Origin: an uncultured Chroococcidiopsis sp.
Lineage (GTDB): Bacteria > Cyanobacteriota > Cyanobacteriia > Cyanobacteriales > Chroococcidiopsidaceae
Assembly (NCBI GenBank): GCA_964248365.1
Contig: CAXTYC010000017.1
Location: 47,664-111,663 of the forward strand
Direction: 5' to 3'
DNA: 64,000 bases
Both the position numbers and the translations under genes were made by a program. The notes under the pieces are model-generated. The model did not search any database. It saw only the letters and a list, made by a program, of their open reading frames with translations, and was not told the DNA's origin. Of this stretch, positions 19,031-30,704 are shown piece after piece (the stretch's first letter is position 1; every line of letters starts with the position of its first letter).

Positions 19031-20422
19031 TTAATTTCGGGCAATGCCTTCACTACGGGCAGCTTGTTGCACAGCAGAGGCTACAGCAGGTGCAACTCGC
19101 TCGTCAAAGACAGAAGGAATAATGTGTTCAGGGTTGAGATCAGAGGAATTGACCAAAGAGGCGATCGCGTGGGCTGCTTCTAAGTACATAGTAGTTGTAA
19201 TTGTCGAAGCTCGACAATCTAACGCCCCACGAAATACCCCAGGAAATGCTAAAACGTTGTTAATTTGATTTGGGTAGTCACTGCGTCCTGTCGCCATTAC
19301 AGCCACATCGTTTACGACTAATTCTGGCTGAATTTCTGGAATCGGATTTGCCATTGCAAAGACGATAGGGTTTTTTGCCATCGATAGCACCATCTCTCTT
19401 GTCACTACACCAGGAGCGCTCACCCCGATAAATACATCTGCTCCCACTAAAGCACCGGATAATGATCCCATCTGACTGACGGCAAATTCTTGCTTTTCTT
19501 CGTTCAAGTCATTGCGCTGGGTGGAGAGAATGCCTTTGGAGTCGCACATCAAGATGTTTTCAGCTCCAGCTTTGACTAGTAAGCGAGCGATCGCCACTCC
19601 CGCAGCTCCTGCACCGTTAATTACGATCCGCACCTGACCCATTGTCTTTTTCACCAGCTTCAGGGCATTGATTAATGCTGCCAAAGTGACAATTGCCGTG
19701 CCATGTTGATCGTCGTGAAAGACGGGAATATCTAACTGCTGTCTTAACAGCTTTTCAATTTCAAAGCAGCGTGGCGCGGCAATATCTTCTAAATTTACAC
19801 CCCCGAAGACGGTGGCAATTTGTTTGACTGTTTCGACAATGGTGTTAGTATCTTGACTAGTAAGGCAGATAGGGAAGGCATCAATTGAGGCAAATTCTTT
19901 GAAAAGCATGGCTTTACCTTCCATTACAGGCATTGCCGCTGCTGCGCCTAGATTTCCCAATCCTAAAACGGCACTGCCATCGGTAACAATCGCAACTGTG
20001 TTTTGCTTAATCGTTAAGTTATATACTTGTTCTGGGTTGTTGGCGATCGCCATGCAGATCCGACCTACTCCCGGTGTATATGCCATTGCTAGATCTTCTT
20101 GACTTTTGACCGCAATTCTGCTAGCAATACTAATTTTACCACCGCGATGCAAATTGAAGGTGCGGTCATAGACATTTATAACTTTGATCTCTGGCAATGC
20201 TTTAACCGCTTGGACAATCATTTCAGCGTGTTCAGTGCTAGCAGCATCAACAGTAATATCTCGGACGGCGATAGAGCGGGTTCTGTCAACTAAATCAATC
20301 TGACCAAAAGTGCCACCACTAGCGGCGATCGCCCCTGTGACGCTTGCCAACATTCCCACACGGTTCGGAATTTGCAAGCGCAGCGTCAAACTAAAGCTGG
20401 AGTTTGGAGTGAGGTTTACCAT
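19031..20422 (-). CDS. NAD(P)-dependent malic enzyme with N-terminal ACT domain
   Basis: AYTPGVG, VTDGSAVLGLGN, VNLEDIAAPRCF, FHDDQHGTA, GAGAAG, ATGRSDYPNQINNVLAFPG. Confidence 0.95.
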   Translation of the reverse strand: MVNLTPNSSFSLTLRLQIPNRVGMLASVTGAIAASGGTFGQIDLVDRTRSIAVRDITVDAASTEHAEMIVQAVKALPEIKVINVYDRTFNLHRGGKISIASRIAVKSQEDLAMAYTPGVGRICMAIANNPEQVYNLTIKQNTVAIVTDGSAVLGLGNLGAAAAMPVMEGKAMLFKEFASIDAFPICLTSQDTNTIVETVKQIATVFGGVNLEDIAAPRCFEIEKLLRQQLDIPVFHDDQHGTAIVTLAALINALKLVKKTMGQVRIVINGAGAAGVAIARLLVKAGAENILMCDSKGILSTQRNDLNEEKQEFAVSQMGSLSGALVGADVFIGVSAPGVVTREMVLSMAKNPIVFAMANPIPEIQPELVVNDVAVMATGRSDYPNQINNVLAFPGVFRGALDCRASTITTTMYLEAAHAIASLVNSSDLNPEHIIPSVFDERVAPAVASAVQQAARSEGIARN

Positions 20423-20730
20423 TCTAAGTACGCGATTGTTACCTGGTAATAAGTCAGCTTATATCACTTCCCCATCTAATTGTCACGAATTGTGAAGGGA
20501 ATAATAGGTGTTAGATTTGACTTGTGTTGTTTTTGTTAATCGTCCATCCTGTTAGATTTTGAAATTAAACCAATATAAATGAGAAAGTTGTAGCCTGTCA
20601 GACAAACACTAGTCAGATTGAGGAGATATTTGCACAAATCGGGCGATCGCTCTTGTGAAATACCGCCTGATTTGGATATTTGTCTAGTTTTAGCGCATAC
20701 ACCCAAAATTTAACTGGTAGTTGGTAGTTG

Positions 20731-20795
20731 GTAGGGGCGCTCTTTAAACGAGTTATCCGTTTGTTCACAAGTATGTTTGATAAACCCGCGCGTAC
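20731..20795. repeat. ~65-bp REP/MITE-like element; inverted homologue at 55674-55738
   Basis: GTAGGGGCG...AACGAGTTATC...GTTCACAAGTATGT...ATAAACCCGC..GTAC matches the reverse complement of 55674-55738. Confidence 0.85.
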
Positions 20796-21098
20796 GGTAG
20801 TTGATATGCCACCCATGCCTACCACGATCAGATTTGGTGGGCATGGGTGGCATACTAGATCTAACCGCGCGCCAGACAAAAGCTTATTCCTTCCTTTGGA
20901 TGAAATTCTAGAAGTGGCCAGATGTTAGAACTGTTGTGGAAATAAATGTTAATACTGTTGCTGTGCCTAGATAATTGATGTCAAACTCAATGCTTGCGCC
21001 AAATCTGAACAAATATTTAGATTAACAATCCCCTCTTTACACTACCTATTTGAAATTTCTGTTTGAGCTTGAATCATGGCTTGATTGGGCAACGCCTT

Positions 21099-24000
21099 AT
21101 GACACACTCCAAAATTGTAACAACACCTGACTTTCGGACTCTGTTTGAGTCAGTACCTGGTTCATATTGGGTAGTTACACCCGACTTCACAATCGTAGCA
21201 GTGACCGATGCTTTCTTACGCACCACAATGAGGAAACGAGAGGAGATTGTGGGTCGCAACCTATTTGAAGTCTTCCCAGATAATCCTGACGATCCAACTG
21301 CTACAGGAGTTCATAATCTGCGCTCCTCCATAGAAAGTGTACTAAAAAATCGGGCTCCGCACACGATGGCGGTGCAGAAGTACGACATTCGCCGCCCCCT
21401 ATCGGAAGGAGGCGGATTTGAACAGAGGTATTGGAGTCCAGTTAATTCACCAGTTTTCGGAGCAGACAATGAAATTATATACATCATCCACCGTACAGAG
21501 GATGTGACAGAATTCGTCCGGCTTAAGCAACTGGAAAACGAGCTGCACAAAGTAACTCAAGAGCTGCAAAGCCACCAGTCGCAAATGGAAGCCGAACTTT
21601 ACCAGAGAGCGCAGGAGATACAGGAAGCTAACAGGCAGCTGCAAGCTGCTAACGAGGCTCTTACCCAGCTGGATCGGGCAAAGACAGCTTTTTTCAGCAA
21701 CGTCAGCCACGAGTTCCGCACACCACTGACCCTAATGCTTAGCCCACTTGAAAACATTTTGGAAAATCCTGACAGCTCACTAGGCAAAAGTGAACGCGAA
21801 CAGTTGGAGATGGTACACCGCAACGGGCTAGGCTTGCTCAAACTGGTAAATAACCTACTTGATTTTTCTCGGCTCGAAGCAGGTAGAGTGCAGGCTGTCT
21901 ATGAACCGACAGATTTGGCTAGTTTTACAGCCCAGCTAGCAAGTGTATTCCGCTCAGCAGTCGAGTCTGCTGGCTTGAGCCTCGTCATTGATTGTCCACG
22001 AGGGGATGAGCCGATTTATGTTGACCGTCAGATGTGGGAAAAAATCGTCTTCAACTTACTCTCAAATGCTTTCAAGTTCACATTCAAAGGGCAGATTGCC
22101 CTAACGCTGCATCAAGTAGGCGTTAGCGTTGAGCTTAACGTGCGTGACACCGGAATCGGCATTCCAGCAGAAGAATTGCCTTATTTGTTTGAACGCTTCC
22201 ACCGTGTACAAAAAGCTCCGGCACGTACTCAAGAAGGTTCGGGCATTGGCTTGGCGTTAGTGCAGGAACTAGTGAAGCTGCACGGTGGTACAGTAAGTGT
22301 ATCTAGCGTTGTAGGCGAAGGAACAACCTTCACCATAACTCTACCAATCGGATCTGCCCACCTGCCATCAAAGCAAATCGATACCACCCGTACCTTACAC
22401 TCAACTGCGATCGATCCTGCTCTCTACCGCGAGGAAGCATTGCGCTGGCTACCTGAAGAGGCAAGGGAGCAGGGGAGCAAGGGAGCAGGGGAGCAAGAGA
22501 GTCTAATTTCCCCGCTGCCCCGATCAGCCCGTATTCTACTGGCAGATGACAATGCAGATATGCGCGATTATGTCAAGCATTTGCTTAGCCCTATTTATGA
22601 AGTGGAGGCGGTGGCTGACGGGGTGGCAGCACTAGCTGCCGTGCGTGAACAGCTGCCAGATTTGGTGCTTACTGACGTGATGATGCCAGGTTTAGACGGG
22701 TTCGAGTTGCTGCACGAACTTCGTGCCGATATCCGCACTAGAGAAATTCCCATCATCCTGTTATCTGCCCGTGCTGGAGAAGAGTCCCGCGTGGAGGGAC
22801 TCGAAGCTAAAGCTGATGACTACCTAGTTAAACCGTTCTCCGCCCGTGAATTGCTAGTTCGCGTTAGTGCCATCTTGGAGATGGTGCGTGTGCGTAAAGA
22901 GTCGCTACGACAGGTAGAAGCTGAGCGTGCCTTTTTGGAGGCGGTCTTGCAGCAGATGCCTGCGGGGGTGATCATTGCCGAAGCTCCTTCAGGCAAATTT
23001 ATCCTCAGCAACAAGCAGGTGAGTCAAATTTTGCAACATCCTTTTGTGCCAGTTAATGCGATTGAAGAATATGTGCAGTACAAGGTTTTTCACCCAGATG
23101 GGCGACCTTACAAACCAGATGAATATCCGTTAGCACGGGCAATTAGCAAAGGTGAGATTGTCACAGGCGAGGAAATTGAGTACCTGTATGGAGACGGCAG
23201 TCATGGCATCATTTACACTAACGCGGCTCCAATTCAAGACCGAGAGGGGCGTATTATCGCCGCAGTAGTGACGTTTTATGACATCACACAGAGCAAGCAA
23301 GCACAGATCGCGCTACAGCAACTCAACGCTAACCTTGAGTACCAAGTGCAAGAGCGTACAGGTTTGTTGCAACAGGCTCTTGAATTTGAAGCGATGCTCA
23401 AGCGAATTACTGATAAAGTGCGCGACAGTCTTGATGAAAGCCAAATATTACAATCCGTCGTGCAGGAATTATGCATTGTGCTAGAGGTAAGCTGTTGTAA
23501 TACGGCACTGTACAACCTGGAGACTGGCACTTCTACTATCTGCTACGAGTACGCCATCTCGAACCCAAAAGCGCAGTCTCGCGTGATGCAGATAGATTCC
23601 TTCCCAGAGATTTACCAGCAGCTGATACAAGGTCAGTATTGCCAATTTTGTTCAATCATTCCCAACCCTGTCCGAGGTCGAGTGGCGATGCTTGCTTGTC
23701 CGATTTTTGATGACCAAGGGGTGCTAGGTGACTTGTGGTTAATCAATCAACATGACCATGCTTTTGATGAGTTGGAGATTCGATTAGTACAGCAGGTAGC
23801 AAATCAGTGTGCGATCGCTATTCGTCAAGCTCGACTTTACCACGCTGCTACAAGGCAAGTCTTGGAACTCGAAAAACTCAATGCTCTCAAAGATGATTTC
23901 TTGAGTACCGTTTCCCACGAATTGCGAACTCCTATGTCCAATATGAAGATGGCGATTTCTATGTTAAAAAAGTTTCCTACTGGTGAACGTAGCGGGCGCT

Positions 24001-24569
24001 ATCTGGATATCTTGGAAACTGAGTGTACCCGTGAAATTGACTTAATTAATGATTTGCTAGACTTGCAGCAGCTAGAAAGTGCGCCCGATCCGATCTTACT
24101 CGCCGAGTTTGTGAGCCTACAAGATTGGTTGCCTAACATAGTAGAGCCGTTTCAAATCCGTGCTGGGCAACATGGGCAAACTCTACAGATTAATCTTCCC
24201 CCTGACTTACCGCCCCTGGTTTCAAACCACGCCAGTTTGTCACGAATCTTAGCAGAACTGCTCAATAATGCCTGCAAATATACAAATGTTGGTGGTGAGA
24301 TTGTCCTGAGCATTTGCTACAAATCTGTTGAAGCCGTAACTGTCTTTACCATCAGTAATACAGCAGAGATTCCAGCTGACGAGTTACCACGCATCTTTGA
24401 GAAATTTTATCGCGTACCTAAGAGCGATCGCTGGAAACAAGGCGGTACTGGATTAGGGCTAGCTCTAGTACAGAAGTTAATTGAGCAACTTGGGGGAACA
24501 ATCGAAGTTGAAAGCTCTAGGAGCTGGACTAACTTTACTGTCGAGTTACCTAATTATCCAAACTCTTAA
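21099..24569 (+). CDS. Hybrid histidine kinase PAS-HisKA-HATPase-REC-PAS-GAF-HisKA-HATPase
   Basis: Two H-boxes (VSHEFRTPL, VSHELRTPM), two G-box sets (GSGIGL, GTGLGL), receiver LADDN...LTDVMMP...KPF. Confidence 0.92.
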   Translation: MTHSKIVTTPDFRTLFESVPGSYWVVTPDFTIVAVTDAFLRTTMRKREEIVGRNLFEVFPDNPDDPTATGVHNLRSSIESVLKNRAPHTMAVQKYDIRRPLSEGGGFEQRYWSPVNSPVFGADNEIIYIIHRTEDVTEFVRLKQLENELHKVTQELQSHQSQMEAELYQRAQEIQEANRQLQAANEALTQLDRAKTAFFSNVSHEFRTPLTLMLSPLENILENPDSSLGKSEREQLEMVHRNGLGLLKLVNNLLDFSRLEAGRVQAVYEPTDLASFTAQLASVFRSAVESAGLSLVIDCPRGDEPIYVDRQMWEKIVFNLLSNAFKFTFKGQIALTLHQVGVSVELNVRDTGIGIPAEELPYLFERFHRVQKAPARTQEGSGIGLALVQELVKLHGGTVSVSSVVGEGTTFTITLPIGSAHLPSKQIDTTRTLHSTAIDPALYREEALRWLPEEAREQGSKGAGEQESLISPLPRSARILLADDNADMRDYVKHLLSPIYEVEAVADGVAALAAVREQLPDLVLTDVMMPGLDGFELLHELRADIRTREIPIILLSARAGEESRVEGLEAKADDYLVKPFSARELLVRVSAILEMVRVRKESLRQVEAERAFLEAVLQQMPAGVIIAEAPSGKFILSNKQVSQILQHPFVPVNAIEEYVQYKVFHPDGRPYKPDEYPLARAISKGEIVTGEEIEYLYGDGSHGIIYTNAAPIQDREGRIIAAVVTFYDITQSKQAQIALQQLNANLEYQVQERTGLLQQALEFEAMLKRITDKVRDSLDESQILQSVVQELCIVLEVSCCNTALYNLETGTSTICYEYAISNPKAQSRVMQIDSFPEIYQQLIQGQYCQFCSIIPNPVRGRVAMLACPIFDDQGVLGDLWLINQHDHAFDELEIRLVQQVANQCAIAIRQARLYHAATRQVLELEKLNALKDDFLSTVSHELRTPMSNMKMAISMLKKFPTGERSGRYLDILETECTREIDLINDLLDLQQLESAPDPILLAEFVSLQDWLPNIVEPFQIRAGQHGQTLQINLPPDLPPLVSNHASLSRILAELLNNACKYTNVGGEIVLSICYKSVEAVTVFTISNTAEIPADELPRIFEKFYRVPKSDRWKQGGTGLGLALVQKLIEQLGGTIEVESSRSWTNFTVELPNYPNS

Positions 24570-24746
24570 AAACTCGAGCATTCGAGCATTCAAAAGTCAA
24601 ATAGCAGAAAGTAGGGAGTAGGGAGTAGGGAGTAGAGAGTAGGGGAACAATTATCAATGAACAATGATTAATGGATATCTTACTAACTCAAGAAACGTTA
24701 ATTGATAATTGATAATTGATAATTGATGCTGTTGTTGCTCAAAACT

Positions 24747-24777
24747 AAAAAGCGCCCCCCTTTCGGAGGACGCTTTT
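24747..24777 (-). terminator. Rho-independent terminator of psbA
   Basis: Minus strand AAAAGCGTCCTCC-GAAA-GGGGGGCGCTTTTT. Confidence 0.8.
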
Positions 24778-24814
24778 GGTGTAGAGAGGCGATATATCGC
24801 GTCTCTAACATTGA

Positions 24815-25918
<1,104 letters not shown>

Positions 25919-25963
25919 TTAAACTTCTTAGTTTTTCGGTAGCTTGTTTACTACCTGTATTAA

Positions 25964-25993
25964 ACATTAACTTATTGGATTGATTTTTGTAAA
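25964..25993 (-). promoter_or_regulatory. Probable psbA promoter
   Basis: Minus strand TTTACA-N18-TAATGT about 70 nt before the ATG, followed by a GGTAG/CTACC 5'UTR hairpin. Confidence 0.65.
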
Positions 25994-26210
25994 GGGTTTT
26001 TTAGTTTATTTTTAGATTTTTTTTCACCTTATTTCTTGATATTAAACCAATGTTATATTATGTAACTGTATTATTTTTTGTTTACTTATTTTAACTAGTG
26101 TTAAAAAAGATTTAGCTATGTAAAAATAGGAAGCAGAGCAATTTAATTTTGTAAATTTTTTAAAGCTTATTTTAAGCAACCCTAGTAACTATAGCAGCGT
26201 ATTTATTCTT

Positions 26211-27239
26211 ATGTCACGTATTGTTACTTATAGTCCAGCATACACACTCGTACCGACTTATGAGTGCTTTAATCGCTGCACCTACTGCAACTTTCGCACC
26301 GATCCAGGTGATAGTGCTTGGATGAGCCTAAAAGCGGCAGAAACATTACTCAAGGGACTACAAAACCAAGGGATATGTGAAATCCTGATTTTGAGTGGTG
26401 AAGTGCATCCGCAAGGGGCGAGACGACAAGCATGGTTTGAGCTAATTTATGACTTATGTAAACTAGCTCTCACAATGGGTTTTTTGCCCCACACCAACGC
26501 AGGACCGCTCTCGTGGGCAGAAATGGAGCGGTTGAAAACGGTTAATGTTTCAATGGGACTAATGCTAGAGCAAGTAACACCGCAATTGTTAAAAACTGTG
26601 CATCGCCATGCTCCGAGTAAAGTACCAGAATTAAGATTGCAGCAGTTGGAATGGGCGGGAAAATTACAGATTCCGTTTACGACCGGGTTACTACTGGGAA
26701 TTGGGGAAACACAAGCAGATTGGTGGGAAACTATAGATGCGATCGCAAACCTTCATCAACGTTACAAACACATTCAAGAAGTTATCTTACAACCCCACAG
26801 CCCAGGTAGTGAGCAAACATTTAAAGCACCACCATTTGATCTGCATCAACTACCATTGGTAATATCTACAGCACGTCAGATTCTGCCGCCAGAAATTACT
26901 ATTCAAATTCCGCCCAATTTAGTTCAAGATTCTCAATGGTTACTTGCTTGTTTAGAGGCAGGTGCGAGAGATTTAGGCGGAATTGGACCTCATGATGAAG
27001 TAAATCCCGACTATCCCCATCCGCACTATCAAAGACTGGTAGAAATCTTAGAGCCAGCAGGGTGGAAATTAGTGCCTCGATTGCCAATTTATCCTCAGTA
27101 TTACAGTTGGTTAAATTCACAATTGCTAATAGAGGGGCTAGAGGAACCAGGGGCGAGAGGAACCAGAGGCGCGAATGGTTGTTTTCTCCCACTCTCCCAC
27201 TCTCCCCTGATTCCCCCTCTTGTCGATCGCTACCTTTGA
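26211..27239 (+). CDS. cofG: FO synthase subunit CofG (radical SAM)
   Basis: VTYSPAYTLVPTYECFNRCTYCNF (CxxxCxxC), LPHTNAG, SMGLMLE, PFTTGLLLGIGE, DEVNPDYP. Confidence 0.9.
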   Translation: MSRIVTYSPAYTLVPTYECFNRCTYCNFRTDPGDSAWMSLKAAETLLKGLQNQGICEILILSGEVHPQGARRQAWFELIYDLCKLALTMGFLPHTNAGPLSWAEMERLKTVNVSMGLMLEQVTPQLLKTVHRHAPSKVPELRLQQLEWAGKLQIPFTTGLLLGIGETQADWWETIDAIANLHQRYKHIQEVILQPHSPGSEQTFKAPPFDLHQLPLVISTARQILPPEITIQIPPNLVQDSQWLLACLEAGARDLGGIGPHDEVNPDYPHPHYQRLVEILEPAGWKLVPRLPIYPQYYSWLNSQLLIEGLEEPGARGTRGANGCFLPLSHSPLIPPLVDRYL

Positions 27240-27307
27240 AACCCGAAGACGTAACTAATCAACTTTTTGTAGAATAAGAATAGAGAAATGAGAGGTTAAA
27301 GTAGCCT

Positions 27308-29134
27308 ATCGAGACTATCTACGGAAATCTACAGGGACTAAAACCTAGCCAACTGAAGCAACTAGCTAAGTTGTATCATCAGCGCTTACCAGGCGATCGC
27401 CTGACGACACCTGAATTTGCTCAGCGTCTGGCGGCAATTAGCGCAGACATTGATCATGCAGTGTGTGCCTACATTAACCGTCGAGGACAAGTGATTCGTG
27501 TGGGAGTAGGCACACCCCGACAAACCCAAATTCCACCCCTAGAATTACCCCGCTACGGTGCAGAACGACTGAGCGGTATTCGATGCCTTGCTACGCAGTT
27601 GAAATCAGAACCGCCAAATGTTGCCACCCTAACTTCAATGGCGCTGCAAAGGCTGGATGCTCTGGTAATTTTAAATATCACCCAAGCGGGATTTGAAAAG
27701 CGGGGTGGTGGAGCTACAGGTTATGTAAAAGAAACATATCTGGCTCACCTAGTACCCAGCAGCTCCACGATCCATGAAAGTATGGGATCTGGGGGAGCTG
27801 GGGGAACACAAGAAAATTCCTCTCTTAGCGCCTTTGCGTCTTTGCGTGACACTAATCCAAAATCTAAAATCCAAAATTCCCTAGCCCCAGATTTCGCACC
27901 ACATACCGCTTGGAGTGTATCACCGCCTTTGAGCTTGGATGTCCTGGCAAACCAAGATTTGCTTGATTTGGTAGAAGGACTAGAAGCAGAGTTTGGGCGG
28001 GAATATGTCGCCCAGCAGGTAGATGTAGAACGCGATCGCGTACTATTGGTAGGGGTAATGTCTTCAGACACGAAAGAACGGCAGTTTCAGGACAACCTGG
28101 CAGAGTTAGCGCGGTTGGTAGACACTGCTGGAGGCGAAGTATTACAGACAGTGCAACAGAAAAGAGCGCACATTCACCCCCAAACAGTAGTTGGCGCGGG
28201 AAAAGTGCAAGAAATTGCCCTGACTGCTCAAACGTTGGGAGCAAATCTAATTGTATTTGACCGTGATCTCTCACCTGCTCAAGTTCGTAACTTAGAAACC
28301 CAGATTGGGATTAGAGTAGTCGATCGCACCGAAGTCATTTTAGATATCTTTGCACAACGCGCTCAGTCCCGCGCCGGAAAATTGCAAGTAGAACTGGCAC
28401 AACTCGAATATATGTTGCCGCGACTGACTGGTAGAGGTCAAGCCATGTCGCGTTTAGGTGGCGGTATTGGTACGAGGGGTCCTGGTGAAACAAAACTAGA
28501 AACAGAGCGCCGTGCTATTAGCCGTCGCATTGCCAGACTACAACAAGAAGTAAATCAACTGCAAGCACACCGATCGCGTTTACGTCAACAGCGCCAACAT
28601 CATGAAGTTCCTTCGGTTGCGATCGTAGGCTATACCAACGCTGGTAAGTCTACACTATTAAATGCACTAACTAATGCAGAAGTTTATACAGCCGATCAAC
28701 TGTTCGCCACTCTCGACCCAACCACACGCCGCTTGGTAATTTCTGATGTGGTGACAGGTGAACCTCAACCAATTGTGCTGACAGATACCGTAGGGTTTAT
28801 TCATGAATTGCCTGCATCGTTAATGGATGCCTTTCGAGCAACCCTAGAGGAAGTAACAGAAGCTGATGCATTGCTGCATTTAGTGGATTTATCCCACCCT
28901 GCTTGGCAAAGTCAACTTCGCTCAGTCATGAGCATTTTGTCAGAAATGCCAGTCACTCCAGGTCCTATACTCGTCGGTTTGAACAAAATCGATCAAGTCG
29001 ATAGTGATACATTAGCACTGGCTCAATCAGAGTTTCCCCAGGCGGTTTTTATTTCAGCAGATAAACGGCTAGGCTTGGAAACCTTGCGTCAGCGACTTTC
29101 TGCACTAGTTCGCTATGCTACTGCTGCTGTGTGA
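27308..29134 (+). CDS. hflX: Ribosome-splitting GTPase HflX
   Basis: GKLQVELAQLEY, GTRGPGETKLE, VGYTNAGKST, LFATLDPTTR, DTVGF, NKID. The family-like N-terminus ETIYGNLQGLKPSQLKQL begins at ATC 27308. Confidence 0.95.
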   Translation: METIYGNLQGLKPSQLKQLAKLYHQRLPGDRLTTPEFAQRLAAISADIDHAVCAYINRRGQVIRVGVGTPRQTQIPPLELPRYGAERLSGIRCLATQLKSEPPNVATLTSMALQRLDALVILNITQAGFEKRGGGATGYVKETYLAHLVPSSSTIHESMGSGGAGGTQENSSLSAFASLRDTNPKSKIQNSLAPDFAPHTAWSVSPPLSLDVLANQDLLDLVEGLEAEFGREYVAQQVDVERDRVLLVGVMSSDTKERQFQDNLAELARLVDTAGGEVLQTVQQKRAHIHPQTVVGAGKVQEIALTAQTLGANLIVFDRDLSPAQVRNLETQIGIRVVDRTEVILDIFAQRAQSRAGKLQVELAQLEYMLPRLTGRGQAMSRLGGGIGTRGPGETKLETERRAISRRIARLQQEVNQLQAHRSRLRQQRQHHEVPSVAIVGYTNAGKSTLLNALTNAEVYTADQLFATLDPTTRRLVISDVVTGEPQPIVLTDTVGFIHELPASLMDAFRATLEEVTEADALLHLVDLSHPAWQSQLRSVMSILSEMPVTPGPILVGLNKIDQVDSDTLALAQSEFPQAVFISADKRLGLETLRQRLSALVRYATAAV

Positions 29135-29431
29135 GTAGAGGGGCTAGGGGCTAGGGGCTAGGGGCTAGGGGCTAGGGGAAGAGGGAAAAGGGAAAAGGGA
29201 AAAGGTAATATATACTTCGCGCCTTCACAACTTCTGTCTTCTGTCTCCTATATTCTGACTCCTGACTCCTTTCTCAAAGCTAAGTTAGACTCAACAAATA
29301 CAAGAGCAAAAAAAACTTCAATTTTATCAAAAGAATATTTATTGAGACGGAGCGGAATATTATATATGCTTTTTTCCAAACTTGCAGAGTCTATCAATTA
29401 GGCTCTCAAACTCTTCATGCCTAATTAACCA

Positions 29432-30628
29432 ATGCCATTATCTCTATTTCAAAAATCAACTTTAAGCTTGATAGCTCTAATTAGTCTTGCAGTTACTCCT
29501 CCAGCGAAAGCTTCAGAAGTTGCTTCAGTGACTGTGGTTGCTGACGGGCTTGATAATCCAAGAGGTCTGAGCTTTGCTCCTGATGGTAGTTTGTATGTTA
29601 CAGAGTCAGGAGTTGGGGGAGATGGGCGATGCATCCCAGGACCTAGTTTAGAAGGGCTTTCTTCCTGCGCTGGTAATAGTGGTGCTGTAACCAGAATTAA
29701 GGATGGTAAGCAAGAACGTGTACTTACGGGGCTACCATCCATAGCATTAAGACCAACTGGTGATACGGGGGAAGGACCTCAAGACATCCAATTTGATTCC
29801 TACGGAAATCCTTATCTTTTAATTGGGTATGGTGGTAATCCAACAAAGCGCGACTTTCCAGAAAATTCCCCTAGCTGGGGACAACTCTATAAAGTTGACT
29901 TTAAAACTGGTTCGTTGACAAGTATTGCTGATTTTGCCAAATATGAACTTGCTAACAATGTTGATGGAGAGGCGACGCTTGACGTTAGTGGTGAAATAGC
30001 AAGTAACCCCTATGCTTTCACAATTAAGGGTCATACTGCTTATATAGTTGATGCAGCTGCGAATGACTTGTTGAGTGTGGGACTTGATGGAAGTAGTTTG
30101 AAGGCAGTAACTGCTCTACCCAAGCAAACCATAGAACATCCAATTTTCCCAACTCCTGCGCCAGGACAGGTAGCACCTCCTGACGCACCGCCACCTGGTC
30201 AGATACCAGATAAAATTGATATTCAATCTGTACCAACAGGTGTGGTAGTTGGTCCTGATGATGCCTTTTATATCAGCGAATACACTGGTTTCCCCTTTCC
30301 AGTGGGTAAAGCTAGGATCTTTCGAGTTGACCGTGAGGGTAAGACAACAGTCTACGCTGATGGGTTTACCCAACTGGCTGACTTGGCTTTCGATAAGAAA
30401 GGCAATTTATATGTTTTACAATTCGGCAATGAACCACAATGGAAGGGAACGACAGATGGTTCTCTGATCCAGATAGCCCCAGATGGTACGAAGACAACTT
30501 TGGTCAGTGGTGAGGGACTAGAGTCGGCTACTGCCTTGACTATAGGACCCGATGGTGCTATATATGTCTCAACGAAAGGCGATCGCGCCTCCCAAGGGCA
30601 AGTTCTACGAATTGAGAAAACAAAATGA
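29432..30628 (+). CDS. ScyD/ScyE-family secreted beta-propeller protein
   Basis: Signal peptide; VVADGLDNPRGLSFAPDGSLYVTESG, SNPY, DAAANDLL, QSVPTGVVVGPDDA, TGFPFP. Confidence 0.8.
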   Translation: MPLSLFQKSTLSLIALISLAVTPPAKASEVASVTVVADGLDNPRGLSFAPDGSLYVTESGVGGDGRCIPGPSLEGLSSCAGNSGAVTRIKDGKQERVLTGLPSIALRPTGDTGEGPQDIQFDSYGNPYLLIGYGGNPTKRDFPENSPSWGQLYKVDFKTGSLTSIADFAKYELANNVDGEATLDVSGEIASNPYAFTIKGHTAYIVDAAANDLLSVGLDGSSLKAVTALPKQTIEHPIFPTPAPGQVAPPDAPPPGQIPDKIDIQSVPTGVVVGPDDAFYISEYTGFPFPVGKARIFRVDREGKTTVYADGFTQLADLAFDKKGNLYVLQFGNEPQWKGTTDGSLIQIAPDGTKTTLVSGEGLESATALTIGPDGAIYVSTKGDRASQGQVLRIEKTK

Positions 30629-30704
30629 GGAGGGGCTAGAGGCTAGAGGAACCAGAGGCTAGTCTGCCCCCCTGCCAAAGTGCTCCCCAGCTCCCCCTGC
30701 TGCC

